Assembly: GCA_964613395.1 (NCBI GenBank)
Contig: CAZTGO010000010.1
Span: forward strand, 794-64,793
DNA length: 64,000 nt
DNA from: an uncultured Candidatus Poseidoniales archaeon
Lineage (GTDB): Archaea > Thermoplasmatota > Poseidoniia > Poseidoniales > Poseidoniaceae
Reading direction: 5' to 3'
Both the position numbers and the translations under genes were made by a program. The notes beneath the pieces are model-generated. The model ran no database searches, was not told where the DNA came from, and worked only from the letters and a program-made list of their open reading frames with translations. Shown here in pieces: positions 55,149-64,000 of the stretch (position 1 is its first letter; each line of letters opens with the position of its first letter).

Positions 55149-58100
55149 TCACCCCATAATCATCGATAGCCCGCTGATGACAAGCGTTGTAAGTGGTTCA
55201 ACAACCAAGATGTGCCGAGTTTCGACTCGTTGACCAGTCAACTCACCAACGATGGACAAATCAGTCACGATACCATTGATACCAAAGGAAGATGCTGTTG
55301 GTAGAACACCAGTGAATTGAGCGTCCAAAAGCACGGCTCTTCCGCTAAGATCGAACCCTTCGAGAACTGGATACATTTCTCCAGGTTCGACATAGGCCTC
55401 TGCACTTGCAACAATCCTTCCAGTAGTGATATCGTCGATGATGATTATTGGATACTGCATCGGGCCAGAATGGATATGTATGGTTGCACCACTCAAATAT
55501 TGCCCTATGACCTCGACTCGTTTGATCGTCACACCCGGGGAAGAAGGCATGTCTGTCTGTTTGAGATATACTCGCTCAACACCTTTCCCTGACGAAGCAA
55601 TTCGAAGGCCATAATCTTCTGTGGGTGATAGGACAAATCGCTGGGGGAGGTTTTCGGCGAGCATGAGCGTGTTTCCTTTCGAATCAATGGCTCGACCAAA
55701 AGCTTCGAGATACAAATCCATATCATCTGTATTTGAAGAATAATCGAGTGTTCTCATCCCTTGGAAAGCGATTTGCTCTCGGATATCAAAGCGAGAATCG
55801 GTTAAGGTCGACAAATGCATTTCGCCTGGTAGATTGCGCATGAACGCTGTTGATGGCCACCAAAACCCATCTACATATCGCATTTGTTGTATCATGAGCG
55901 AGTCTGCGGAATGCCCGTCAATCCTGAATTCCTCAGGTACTGTGAGGTCCAGAATGAGAATGTCACCGATGGTTGCCGATACATCGGTTGATTGTGGAAT
56001 ACCCATCACCAAGGCTTCAACTCGAGAGAGTGCTTGGTGGTCAACCAACAAAACATGTGCAGAATTGAGCCTCATTCCAATGTCGTAATGCAAATCAAAT
56101 GTAAATCTTGGAACGCTGAAATTATCTTGTGTTGAAAATCGTGCATTGATGAGGACATCATTGCTCTTTGACGTATCAAACCCATCAATTACAAGGTCGA
56201 TATCACGTCCCTGAAGACCGTTAATGACCATCGAAAACTGTTCACGTTCGGGTTGCCATTGACTCAATGAAATATCAATTTGATAGATTGGTACGCCATC
56301 TTCAAATGTGTATTGATAAGCCATATCGATGGCTCCCGAAGGTAAACTCGGCAACCAGGCACGCAGATGCCATGACCGACGTTGAATGATCGTAACACCT
56401 TGCTCATCGAGGAGTGTGAAGTTCAAACCTTGAATCTCTGTATCGAAAATTTTGCCATCTTCCAAGGCAAAAATGAGGTCTAATCCACCTGTTATGTTGA
56501 GGAACTCTACAATCGTGGCTGCTTGTGCTCGTTCATCTAAACTAATAGCACCATCCTCGAGAATGTTTTCCATAATCTGACGGTTAGAAAGTGTGAATGT
56601 CGGCATGCGTGTGAGATTAAACTCGAGATGTGTGTTCTCAACCGCTTCAACACCGATACCATGTTGCCAATCTGGCGTATCAGGAATATTATCACCCTTC
56701 TTTAAATCGGCGACGACATCGAATTTTTCTCCTGTGACGAGGTCAAGGCCGAAGGATATGTTGGTTTGCTCATCACCATTTACACCTGCGAGATCATTGG
56801 TCATTTGGTAGACAAAATCATTGATGACGTTGCCTACTTCAACGACATCACTAAGGAAGAATGAAACACCCTGAATACCTTCTTGGTCTCCGAAACTTGG
56901 CAACTCAATTCCATTTGAATTAATGCCGCTCGGGAAAGCAAGCGAAATATCTGCTGGGAGTGGATCGATGTGAACTCGTCCATTGAGACCTAAGAATGGA
57001 TTGTCATAGTCACTTTCATCCTCGAATAAGACAGAAAACGGCGATGAAGATGAACGTGCGAGTTCGATAATTGAATTTCCTTCGGGCCCACTAGAACCGG
57101 GGACAAGTGGACTTAATCGTTGGACAGAGGTGATGTTTGAGATTTGAACACTGAGGCTTGCCTCCTTGGTGTCGTTGTTTACCCAGTACCTAAAATGGTC
57201 GCCATCCATCGTACGATGTTCGCTTGCGTTCGACATTTGGATTTGAATTGACGACATCGGTTCCTGGGCAGAATAGCCTATGGTTTCGCCGAGGATAAGG
57301 GAGAAATTCGATGGAAGACCATCAAGACGAATCGCATTTTGCTGATTGTCAGAAGAGCCACCGTAGGTAATGGTTCCAATCGGGGAACTTGCTTCATATT
57401 CAAGCGAAACAGGCGTTTGTGTCATCTGTAATGTCGTCGGCCGATTGGAGACGATGGCAGCCTGTTTGATGGCATCATCAATATTTGTGCCCTCATGATA
57501 CACATAGCCAAGCAACAACGATTCGGTGTTTGAGCCTTCAAACATAATGTCCCGGATTTCTGTTGATGGGTCAAAATACTGTCGAACATGGTTAATACCC
57601 GACATCCTCATGCTCATTGCCACAGGAACAAGAGGATCTTGAGGCCCAAGACGACCGTCGACTATGGAATGCAGAGCATCTTGAGACAACAACACATGGT
57701 CTGTGTTCGCCATGACTGGATGCGTACTGCTTCCAAATGCAAATGCTATTGTTCCAAGCGATTCGGGTTGTCTTGAGGACGACGGCAAACTTTGCTTTAC
57801 CTGATTCCAACATGAAACATCGACTTCTCCACCTGAAGAACCTGCCGTTCCGACAATGCCATTTGGCAATCCATTCAATATCGCTCCGATATCGAGAACA
57901 ACTTCGACAAGTGTGAGGAGTGCATTGTCAAAAATCTGTGCAATAGAGTTCAAATTGGGATTATTAAAATTCACCCGACTGAGTCCAGTAGAGGGGATAG
58001 TAAAACTGCCCTGAATGACAATGACTCGTGGTAGCATCTCAACATCAAGTTGAATCGAAGAGGAATCGCTTTCATATCCTGCTCGTTTGAATGTTGAATG

Positions 58101-59816
58101 ATAGGTCAATCTTTCGATTTGCTCCGTGCCTGCAATCACAATGAGGGTGTTGGGTGGGTTTGCTGGATTGACGGGCAGTGTAGGGTCGTTGACGTTCCCA
58201 ATTTGGTCGCCTGTGAAATTTTTGATGGCGACAATAAGCGAAAGTCGATTTGGAAGTTCACCTGGAAAATTGCTGTTGCTCGGTTCTTCACCAATCATTG
58301 TAAAAATGGCTTCAATCTCATCAGGATGCATCGTTCCAGATGGCAGACCTCGAATCCACGCACGTGAGTCAGTGACATTTCCATACGGAGAATCACCTTC
58401 AGGTACTTCTGAACGGTCTTCATAATAATGCAGGTAAACATCAATTCCTGTGTCGGAAAAAATTTCGACTGTATCAAACGAATTTTTTCCAATATTGTCG
58501 TTCCGAAGGGTGATATCAACTTCGGACGGCAAAAATGTACGGTCATATTCTGGATGAAAGCCTACATCGAGGTAGGCCAATTCAAGCACATCGACATTGC
58601 TCGGGTCTTGAACCTCATCAAAGTGAATATAGCCAACACCGATGCCTAAGCTGCATTTGTGTTGCCGGCTCACAGCTCCGTGGTCCAGTATCTTGTCGTA
58701 ATGCGAATCATCTTCACAGTCAGTTTGCCGAGATGTTCCCGGTGCGTTTGGATTTCGAACAGAGATAGCATACGGTGCTGAAATTGAAGTGAGTGAAAGG
58801 TCGGAGGAATTCACATTACCGAGGCCAAATTGAAACAACAAGTCTGCAACACTCGTGAAAATTGCATTGACATCAAAGGTCATTTCTTCAATGCCAACAC
58901 CAACACTTGCTTCATGAGGTGGTTGTGTAAAACTCGTATCAACAACAATGGCATAGGATTCAGCATTGGAAAGTGTGATGTCAAAGGCTAAACCTTTCAT
59001 CATGGATACTTCAAGCCGTTCGAGATTCTCCCAAAGTAAATCATTAGGATTGATCACGTCGACTTCCCATTGGAACGTAGGACTGATCCACAACTCATCG
59101 ATCCTCGGAATTATGCCATCCGAAAACTCAACACCCCACCCTTCTCCAAATGTAGTGAGACCGTTAAGCGTTAATGCCACGGAAACATCAGAATTTGTAT
59201 CACCATCGACATCGATATAATTTTCAAACAACACAAGGTCTGTTCCAACAAGAAGTTCTCCGGTAAATGTACCGTATTCCCATGCCTCATACGATGGTCC
59301 GTTGTTTCTGGATGTGAAGTTCATGTAAATGACATAGGAGTTTAATCCAAATCCAAGCAGGTTGCTCACCCCAAAGTTATCGATTGAGAACAGTGTCTGC
59401 CACAGATTTGCTGGCAACCCATCGGGTTGAGTCGTCGAATCGAGAAGAAACTGATATGGTCTTGGATGTTGGGCGACAAGAGGTGTGGTTTCCCGCATTT
59501 CCATATCGTCCAAAAATGCTTGTGCATCAACGATTGCATCCCCGCTTTCTACTGTTCGAGCATTTGCATCAACAAGAGCTAACGCTTGGGTTGCTCCATC
59601 AATGGCAACAAGAGATTCTCCACTGTTCTTTCGCTTCTCGAGTGTCTCGGCAAGGGCTTCAAGCACGCCAAAGTCGTCTCTTTTGACCGAAAGGTCTGCG
59701 GTCACGGGTTGTGCCAGTGCTGCCAAAAAGAGGCATACAAGGAAGATAGAGAGGCCACGGTGGTCTGATTTTCTTATCAATCCCTTGACAAGAAGACGTG
59801 GCTCACGCTCATCCAT
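55149..59816 (-). CDS. Giant (1555 aa) envelope protein, N-terminal signal/anchor and C-terminal hydrophobic anchor, no recognised domain
   Basis: An uninterrupted ORF with an ATG start, N-terminal LSIFLVCLFLAALAQPVTA and C-terminal LTTLVISGLSMIMG. I recognised no catalytic motifs. Confidence 0.75.
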   Translation of the reverse strand: MDEREPRLLVKGLIRKSDHRGLSIFLVCLFLAALAQPVTADLSVKRDDFGVLEALAETLEKRKNSGESLVAIDGATQALALVDANARTVESGDAIVDAQAFLDDMEMRETTPLVAQHPRPYQFLLDSTTQPDGLPANLWQTLFSIDNFGVSNLLGFGLNSYVIYMNFTSRNNGPSYEAWEYGTFTGELLVGTDLVLFENYIDVDGDTNSDVSVALTLNGLTTFGEGWGVEFSDGIIPRIDELWISPTFQWEVDVINPNDLLWENLERLEVSMMKGLAFDITLSNAESYAIVVDTSFTQPPHEASVGVGIEEMTFDVNAIFTSVADLLFQFGLGNVNSSDLSLTSISAPYAISVRNPNAPGTSRQTDCEDDSHYDKILDHGAVSRQHKCSLGIGVGYIHFDEVQDPSNVDVLELAYLDVGFHPEYDRTFLPSEVDITLRNDNIGKNSFDTVEIFSDTGIDVYLHYYEDRSEVPEGDSPYGNVTDSRAWIRGLPSGTMHPDEIEAIFTMIGEEPSNSNFPGELPNRLSLIVAIKNFTGDQIGNVNDPTLPVNPANPPNTLIVIAGTEQIERLTYHSTFKRAGYESDSSSIQLDVEMLPRVIVIQGSFTIPSTGLSRVNFNNPNLNSIAQIFDNALLTLVEVVLDIGAILNGLPNGIVGTAGSSGGEVDVSCWNQVKQSLPSSSRQPESLGTIAFAFGSSTHPVMANTDHVLLSQDALHSIVDGRLGPQDPLVPVAMSMRMSGINHVRQYFDPSTEIRDIMFEGSNTESLLLGYVYHEGTNIDDAIKQAAIVSNRPTTLQMTQTPVSLEYEASSPIGTITYGGSSDNQQNAIRLDGLPSNFSLILGETIGYSAQEPMSSIQIQMSNASEHRTMDGDHFRYWVNNDTKEASLSVQISNITSVQRLSPLVPGSSGPEGNSIIELARSSSSPFSVLFEDESDYDNPFLGLNGRVHIDPLPADISLAFPSGINSNGIELPSFGDQEGIQGVSFFLSDVVEVGNVINDFVYQMTNDLAGVNGDEQTNISFGLDLVTGEKFDVVADLKKGDNIPDTPDWQHGIGVEAVENTHLEFNLTRMPTFTLSNRQIMENILEDGAISLDERAQAATIVEFLNITGGLDLIFALEDGKIFDTEIQGLNFTLLDEQGVTIIQRRSWHLRAWLPSLPSGAIDMAYQYTFEDGVPIYQIDISLSQWQPEREQFSMVINGLQGRDIDLVIDGFDTSKSNDVLINARFSTQDNFSVPRFTFDLHYDIGMRLNSAHVLLVDHQALSRVEALVMGIPQSTDVSATIGDILILDLTVPEEFRIDGHSADSLMIQQMRYVDGFWWPSTAFMRNLPGEMHLSTLTDSRFDIREQIAFQGMRTLDYSSNTDDMDLYLEAFGRAIDSKGNTLMLAENLPQRFVLSPTEDYGLRIASSGKGVERVYLKQTDMPSSPGVTIKRVEVIGQYLSGATIHIHSGPMQYPIIIIDDITTGRIVASAEAYVEPGEMYPVLEGFDLSGRAVLLDAQFTGVLPTASSFGINGIVTDLSIVGELTGQRVETRHILVVEPLTTLVISGLSMIMG

Positions 59817-59891
59817 GTACTACCTACGGACCACTTCCTTTGAGAAACATTTGCATTGTTGTGCAAGAAAAACAATGAATTGGTGTAAATC

Positions 59892-62468
59892 TCAACCAAG
59901 CGTTTGGTCTTGATGGCAGGAAGGGCATTCAACGAGAACTCGAGTGAGATGTGAAGGAACATCGATTTCAAATCGAATCGAGCATTCTGTGCATTGATGA
60001 ACGACCTTTCGAGTGGTTTTTTCCTCGACTTGAGGTTGTTGATGATCCTGAACCTGCGGTGTTGAAACAGGTTCTTGAACTGATTCTGGTGTTGAGGTCG
60101 AAGTTACAATGAATGCATCAGGTAAACTAACTTTTGGCGTTTGAACTTCTGTGCTCGTCATTGACTGCTCAAATACATCTGTGGATTCAAAGGATGAAGG
60201 TTCGTCATCGTCGTCGTCGAAGAGGTCTTCGAAGTTTTCAATGGTTTGTGTTTGTGTTGTCTGAACAGGTTGTTGCATTTGGACACCAAGAAGGTCTGCT
60301 GCTTCAGATGCGACTGCAGATGCTGCAGCCGACAACGATGATTGCGGTTGATACATTGTGGTGGACTGCTGGGGTTGGTACATCGATGCTTGCATCGTGC
60401 TTTCGCCAGATGGCGGTGGGGGTGAAGTTCCGTAAATATCTTCGATTTCTTTTCGGCGTTGTTCCTCTTCCATAGCGGCTTGTGTTCGCACCTCTCCAAG
60501 GTCCAGACCTGCGATGTATTCTGCTGAAGAGAATGGAGTCACCTTTCGCTTTTGGCGGACCATCTCAATTCTCAACAACGCTTCTTCTTCGGGAAGTCCA
60601 CGCTCCATCAACAGCAATTTTGCTTGCTTTTGTTGCTTCAAGCGAAACGAAAAGATTCCTATACCACCAAGGGCAATGAGCACAAGCAAGCCTGTAAAGA
60701 CCATTTGTGCAGTGTTTGAGGACACGGTCTCAGCGACTTCAACATTGACCGCAAACGCATGTGAAACTGAATTATTCGATGCATCGAACACAGTGAGGAC
60801 AACATCTTGGAGTCCGGTTTTTTCAAATGTGATTTGAGGGTTGAAACCAAGATAATCTGCATCATCTCTTGGATTTCCATTGCTATCAGCATCAAAACTA
60901 GGATTGACATCCCAATGAATCCTTAATTGCCCTAAATCATCATATTCGTCAAACACTTCTGTTTGAAATCGCTGTGCCTGACCTAATGTTGCTTTCGAAG
61001 GAAGAGCATCGAGACTGGCGTTGGAAATGATTGGTGTAGACGTATCGATGATGTTAATTGTGATCGAAGCGTTATCTTGATTCATCGCATCGTCATACAC
61101 AATGAGTTGAAGCGTATGCGTACCGATTGATGTCCAACTCAGTGTTAATGATACATTTTCATCCAGCGACTCCCCATCAAGATTCCATTCACATGCACTG
61201 ATACCAATATTATCACTGCTTTCAAGACAGGAATAAATCGCACTCTGACCCCACAACTGATTGAATGCTGTGTTAACCCAAACCGCTGAAGATGCAATAA
61301 TGGCGTTAGGAGCTTCGTTGTCTTGAACAGAGATGTTCGCACTGACCGAAGTTGATCTTCCATCAACAGAAAGCGCTGTGAGCGTGACGACTTTTGTTCC
61401 AGGCGTACTCCATGAAGTTTGAGCATTCAAGCCAACCGCATTCACGTCATTGGTGAAATTTCCATCCCCGTTGGTATCAGTAAGATGGTCAAAATCCCAT
61501 GAATATGATTCGATTTGACCCAATGCGTTCGGCGTATTTTGCGCGCTAAAATCGATTTGTTCATCGGTTGATGCGAGTGTTGAGCTCACATCCATAACCG
61601 GAGATAGTGGTGGTGAAAGTTCGATCCGAACCGTTGAACGAAGCAAGGTTGACCCATCGCCACCGCCAAGGGGCGTATCTGAATTATCGAGAATAAAATA
61701 GAGGCCTTGACCGTCAAGGTCTGATGGTATGACATAGGTGAGCGAGGCCGTGTTATCAACACCTTGAATTGCCCCTCCAGTGACATACTGAACACCAACT
61801 TCACCATTGGTGTATGTAGAGTGCATTGAAGTGGTTTGAATGAAGAGGTCGCCAACACCTTCAAGGCCCCACATCGAAATGACTACCACGGTTCCAGCAT
61901 CAAATTGGGCATCGTTTGGTGTAAGGAGAACGTGGAAATCGTCCGGGTTGACCTTGACAAGTGTGTGAAATGGGGTCCAATACGAATCGCTACTCATCTG
62001 CCATTCTAAACCGACTTTGCTTGTTGTACCACCTTGGTCACCTTGCCCCCCATCACCATCATGTGCTAAATTATCCAAAACAATGAACCATTCTTTGGGA
62101 GAAATAGATGCAGGGACTTGCCAGTGAAATTCAAGCGAACCATTTGCAGATTCGGTTGATGTTGTTTGGTCAAATGAAGCACGATACGATTGACCGAGTT
62201 GATACCCTTGGATTGAGTTTTCATCAAAGAACAGAATATCGAGAGCGTCATCAACAACGATGAACTCAAATTCATGGACACTTCCTGATTCTAACTGGCC
62301 TAATTCGACAATGACACACGAACCATCAACAACGTCAATGATTGATGGAATCGAATTGATTCCATATGCTTGGCACGTCGGGGCTGCACGTCCTTCGCTC
62401 GCAGCAATTGGAGCGAGGAGCATTGTAAGGAGGGCAATGACCACAAGGTAGCCCGAACCTTTTCGCAT
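59892..62468 (-). CDS. Type-I membrane surface protein with PKD-like domains, 250-aa low-complexity cytoplasmic tail and terminal zinc ribbon
   Basis: Signal MRKGSGYLVVIALLTMLLAPIAASEG. PKD-like blocks YSWDFDHLTDTNGDG...GTKVVTLTALSVDG and HWDVNPSFDADSNGNP...GLQDVVLTVFDASNN. TM LLVLIALGGIGIFSF. Terminal ribbon CTECS...CPSCH. The track ORF (62612) overlaps rnz and was trimmed to ATG 62468. Confidence 0.8.
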   Translation of the reverse strand: MRKGSGYLVVIALLTMLLAPIAASEGRAAPTCQAYGINSIPSIIDVVDGSCVIVELGQLESGSVHEFEFIVVDDALDILFFDENSIQGYQLGQSYRASFDQTTSTESANGSLEFHWQVPASISPKEWFIVLDNLAHDGDGGQGDQGGTTSKVGLEWQMSSDSYWTPFHTLVKVNPDDFHVLLTPNDAQFDAGTVVVISMWGLEGVGDLFIQTTSMHSTYTNGEVGVQYVTGGAIQGVDNTASLTYVIPSDLDGQGLYFILDNSDTPLGGGDGSTLLRSTVRIELSPPLSPVMDVSSTLASTDEQIDFSAQNTPNALGQIESYSWDFDHLTDTNGDGNFTNDVNAVGLNAQTSWSTPGTKVVTLTALSVDGRSTSVSANISVQDNEAPNAIIASSAVWVNTAFNQLWGQSAIYSCLESSDNIGISACEWNLDGESLDENVSLTLSWTSIGTHTLQLIVYDDAMNQDNASITINIIDTSTPIISNASLDALPSKATLGQAQRFQTEVFDEYDDLGQLRIHWDVNPSFDADSNGNPRDDADYLGFNPQITFEKTGLQDVVLTVFDASNNSVSHAFAVNVEVAETVSSNTAQMVFTGLLVLIALGGIGIFSFRLKQQKQAKLLLMERGLPEEEALLRIEMVRQKRKVTPFSSAEYIAGLDLGEVRTQAAMEEEQRRKEIEDIYGTSPPPPSGESTMQASMYQPQQSTTMYQPQSSLSAAASAVASEAADLLGVQMQQPVQTTQTQTIENFEDLFDDDDDEPSSFESTDVFEQSMTSTEVQTPKVSLPDAFIVTSTSTPESVQEPVSTPQVQDHQQPQVEEKTTRKVVHQCTECSIRFEIDVPSHLTRVLVECPSCHQDQTLG

Positions 62469-62514
62469 AGATGCGCCTTCACAGTTTTTGCTTTCAAAGA
62501 TTTGCTCAATTGCT

Positions 62515-63639
62515 TCATTGACTCCAAGCTTTGCCATCCCAATATTTGTGAACCACATGACCGGAATCTTCCACAAGAATCCTGTCGAAATCGTTTGCTG
62601 CGGTGACAACAATATCTGGATGTTCGGACTGTGCTTGATTCATCGAAAGGTCAGTGTCGCTCAACCTGTTGCTGTAGTGTGTTAGGCAAAGATGTTGGGC
62701 GTTCATTTGTTTTGCAGTTCGCATTGCACCTCTTGCTGTTGAATGAAGAAAAGCATTCGCTTGTTCCTGTTGTTCATCAACAAAGGTTGCTTCATGAATC
62801 AATGCGTTGCAACTTTGTAAGGAACATAGCGACGGTGACATCTCTGCTGTATCGCCAGAGATCACAAGCCGCAACGCAGGGCGAGAAGGTCCTCGAAACG
62901 AGGATGCGGTGAGCAAAGTACCTTCATGTTCAACATTCATTCCAGATGCTAAATCTGTTCGTTGAGCATCGGATAATCTCAATGCTGCTGCTCGCTTTCG
63001 GTCAAATGAACCTAAGCGTTCTTTTTGCAAAAAAGACCACGCACATGATGGAACAGAGTGGATGGTCCCAAAGGCTTCGATTTCAACATCTTGAAGACCT
63101 AAGAATTCTGATAATGATGTCGAGAGAATCTTCGCAGAACCTTCTCGTGAGAGTTGAACCCATTGTTGAGTATCAGGGTCACCGAGAACATATGACACAT
63201 CATACGATAGAGCATGGTCGCTATTGACCATTGACATCCAGTACCTACATTGGTGAACGAGGTCAACCGCAGGAACATCGGCCGGTAGAGCCGTTGATTC
63301 AAGCAGTGCTTCAATCACTTTGGGACCCGTAGGTCCAATGACTGCAAGTGGTTGTGTTCGTCCATCAAGTGACAAGGACTGCAGCCAAGGAAGTACCCCC
63401 CAAGTGTGATCGAGATGTCCGTGTGTGAGAAAAATAGCTTTGATCTTTGAAGGACGAATTGACGATTTAGGGTCGATGTGTTTGAGATGTTTTCGTTGAT
63501 GTTGGAACCTGGTTTGAAATCCTTCACCAGCGTCAACGACAAAATTCCCTTCGTCTGTGACGACAACAGAACCACTGACCGCTCTTGATGAGGTTGGTCG
63601 GGCAGATGATGTGCCTAAGATGTGTGATTCGATGGGCAT
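62515..63639 (-). CDS. rnz: Ribonuclease Z / metallo-beta-lactamase fold tRNA 3'-endonuclease
   Basis: LGTSSARPT...AIFLTHGHLDHTWG (HxHxDH), ...ISGDT..., HEATF and LTHYS are the motif order of RNase Z. At 374 aa it is somewhat longer than the usual short form. Confidence 0.85.
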   Translation of the reverse strand: MPIESHILGTSSARPTSSRAVSGSVVVTDEGNFVVDAGEGFQTRFQHQRKHLKHIDPKSSIRPSKIKAIFLTHGHLDHTWGVLPWLQSLSLDGRTQPLAVIGPTGPKVIEALLESTALPADVPAVDLVHQCRYWMSMVNSDHALSYDVSYVLGDPDTQQWVQLSREGSAKILSTSLSEFLGLQDVEIEAFGTIHSVPSCAWSFLQKERLGSFDRKRAAALRLSDAQRTDLASGMNVEHEGTLLTASSFRGPSRPALRLVISGDTAEMSPSLCSLQSCNALIHEATFVDEQQEQANAFLHSTARGAMRTAKQMNAQHLCLTHYSNRLSDTDLSMNQAQSEHPDIVVTAANDFDRILVEDSGHVVHKYWDGKAWSQ

Positions 63640-63648
63640 AGTACTTCC

Positions 63649-63909
63649 TCACGGATTCCTTGGAATTCGTGTCGGAGGAAACCAACGAAGAACCACAACA
63701 TCGTTTATTGCACGAATCCAGCGCCAAGGAACTGCAAGGTGAATGCCACCCTCAACGAGATCATCAGGTGTGTCTTTGACAAAGAGATGTGTGCATTTTA
63801 ACGACTGAATATCAATGACCGCATCGTGAACGACGCCCAATTTCCTTCCGTTCGGAAGGAAAACTTCGAGTCCAGCCCAACCATTGAGGGACTCGACACC
63901 TTGCACCAT
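63649..63909 (-). CDS. PRC-barrel domain protein
   Basis: GRKLGVVHDAVIDIQSLKCTHLFV is the typical PRC-barrel core (G.vlG.v.Dv.id....i..l.v). The track start is TTG 63924; an ATG lies at 63909. Confidence 0.75.
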   Translation of the reverse strand: MVQGVESLNGWAGLEVFLPNGRKLGVVHDAVIDIQSLKCTHLFVKDTPDDLVEGGIHLAVPWRWIRAINDVVVLRWFPPTRIPRNP

Positions 63910-64000
63910 GTGTGCTCCTAGCAACGACCATCAATAAATTCATGCTCAAGAACGGGGCAGAAATTGTGAAATCTGCAATTTCACTTTCCGCGATTTCGAT

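Noticed and set aside
62469-62612. A 48-aa extension of the PKD surface protein ORF that overlaps rnz.
   Set aside because: A typical signal peptide (MRKGSGYLVVIALLTMLL) starts at the ATG at 62468. The extension overlaps the RNase Z C-terminus.
63925-64000. A possible partial gene running off the window end on the minus strand.
   Set aside because: The only open frame would overlap the PRC-barrel gene by more than 100 nt, and it looks non-protein-like after the first about 25 codons. There is insufficient evidence.
1-64000. A check for a mobile element, prophage or genomic island (integrase, transposase, terminal repeats, toxin-antitoxin pairs).
   Set aside because: None of the ORF translations shows integrase, transposase or phage hallmark motifs, and I noticed no long direct or inverted DNA repeats by eye. 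A self-dot-plot would be needed to be definitive.

Overview
Archaeal chromosomal segment. The diagnostic archaeal/eukaryal-type genes are L21e, Rpo4/RpoF, DUF655, KsgA, Pus10, aIF-1A, Rio1, a KH/Dim2-like protein and uS2. Gene content (giant CARDB/PKD envelope proteins, a membrane-bound S8 peptidase, a fused beta-oxidation enzyme, and an 11-subunit nuo operon without nuoEFG) resembles planktonic marine Thermoplasmatota such as Marine Group II; this placement is inference only. I call about 53 protein genes. By eye I found no rRNA, tRNA, CRISPR array, transposase or integrase. Layout: (1) 1-9.1 kb holds PMM/PGM (partial), RidA, a ferredoxin-CorA operon, the conserved L21e-Rpo4-DUF655-KsgA cluster and Pus10. 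(2) 9.2-21.5 kb holds an RND/MMPL exporter, MscS, a GST-like gene, gmd, a GT4 / E1-like / JAMM cassette, a fused 3-hydroxyacyl-CoA dehydrogenase/enoyl-CoA hydratase and a second GT4. (3) 21.5-27.3 kb holds three wHTH regulators, Dus, uS2, a membrane-embedded Cas4-like nuclease and a lipoprotein. (4) 27.5-32.2 kb holds two divergent CARDB surface proteins. (5) 32.2-34.7 kb holds KH, Rio1 and aIF-1A. (6) 34.8-47.0 kb holds nuoABCDHIJ1J2KLMN on the minus strand. (7) 47.1-62.5 kb holds a five-gene island of giant envelope proteins including an S8 subtilase. (8) The window ends with RNase Z and a PRC-barrel protein. Many genes are chained by 1-4 nt start/stop overlaps. Several longest ORFs in the supplied track begin at TTG/GTG, and where an in-frame ATG fits better I trimmed to it. 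Best candidates for undescribed biology: the GT-E1-JAMM cassette with no ubiquitin-like carrier gene (15661-18193); a canonical EF-hand pair with poly-His flanks inserted into NuoL (39099-39455); a Cas4-family nuclease interrupted by four TM helices (25594-26802); recurrent cytoplasmic zinc-ribbon tails on three unrelated surface proteins; and an aIF-1A with a eukaryote-like acidic repeat tail. All functional calls rest on motif recognition by eye, with no database search run.
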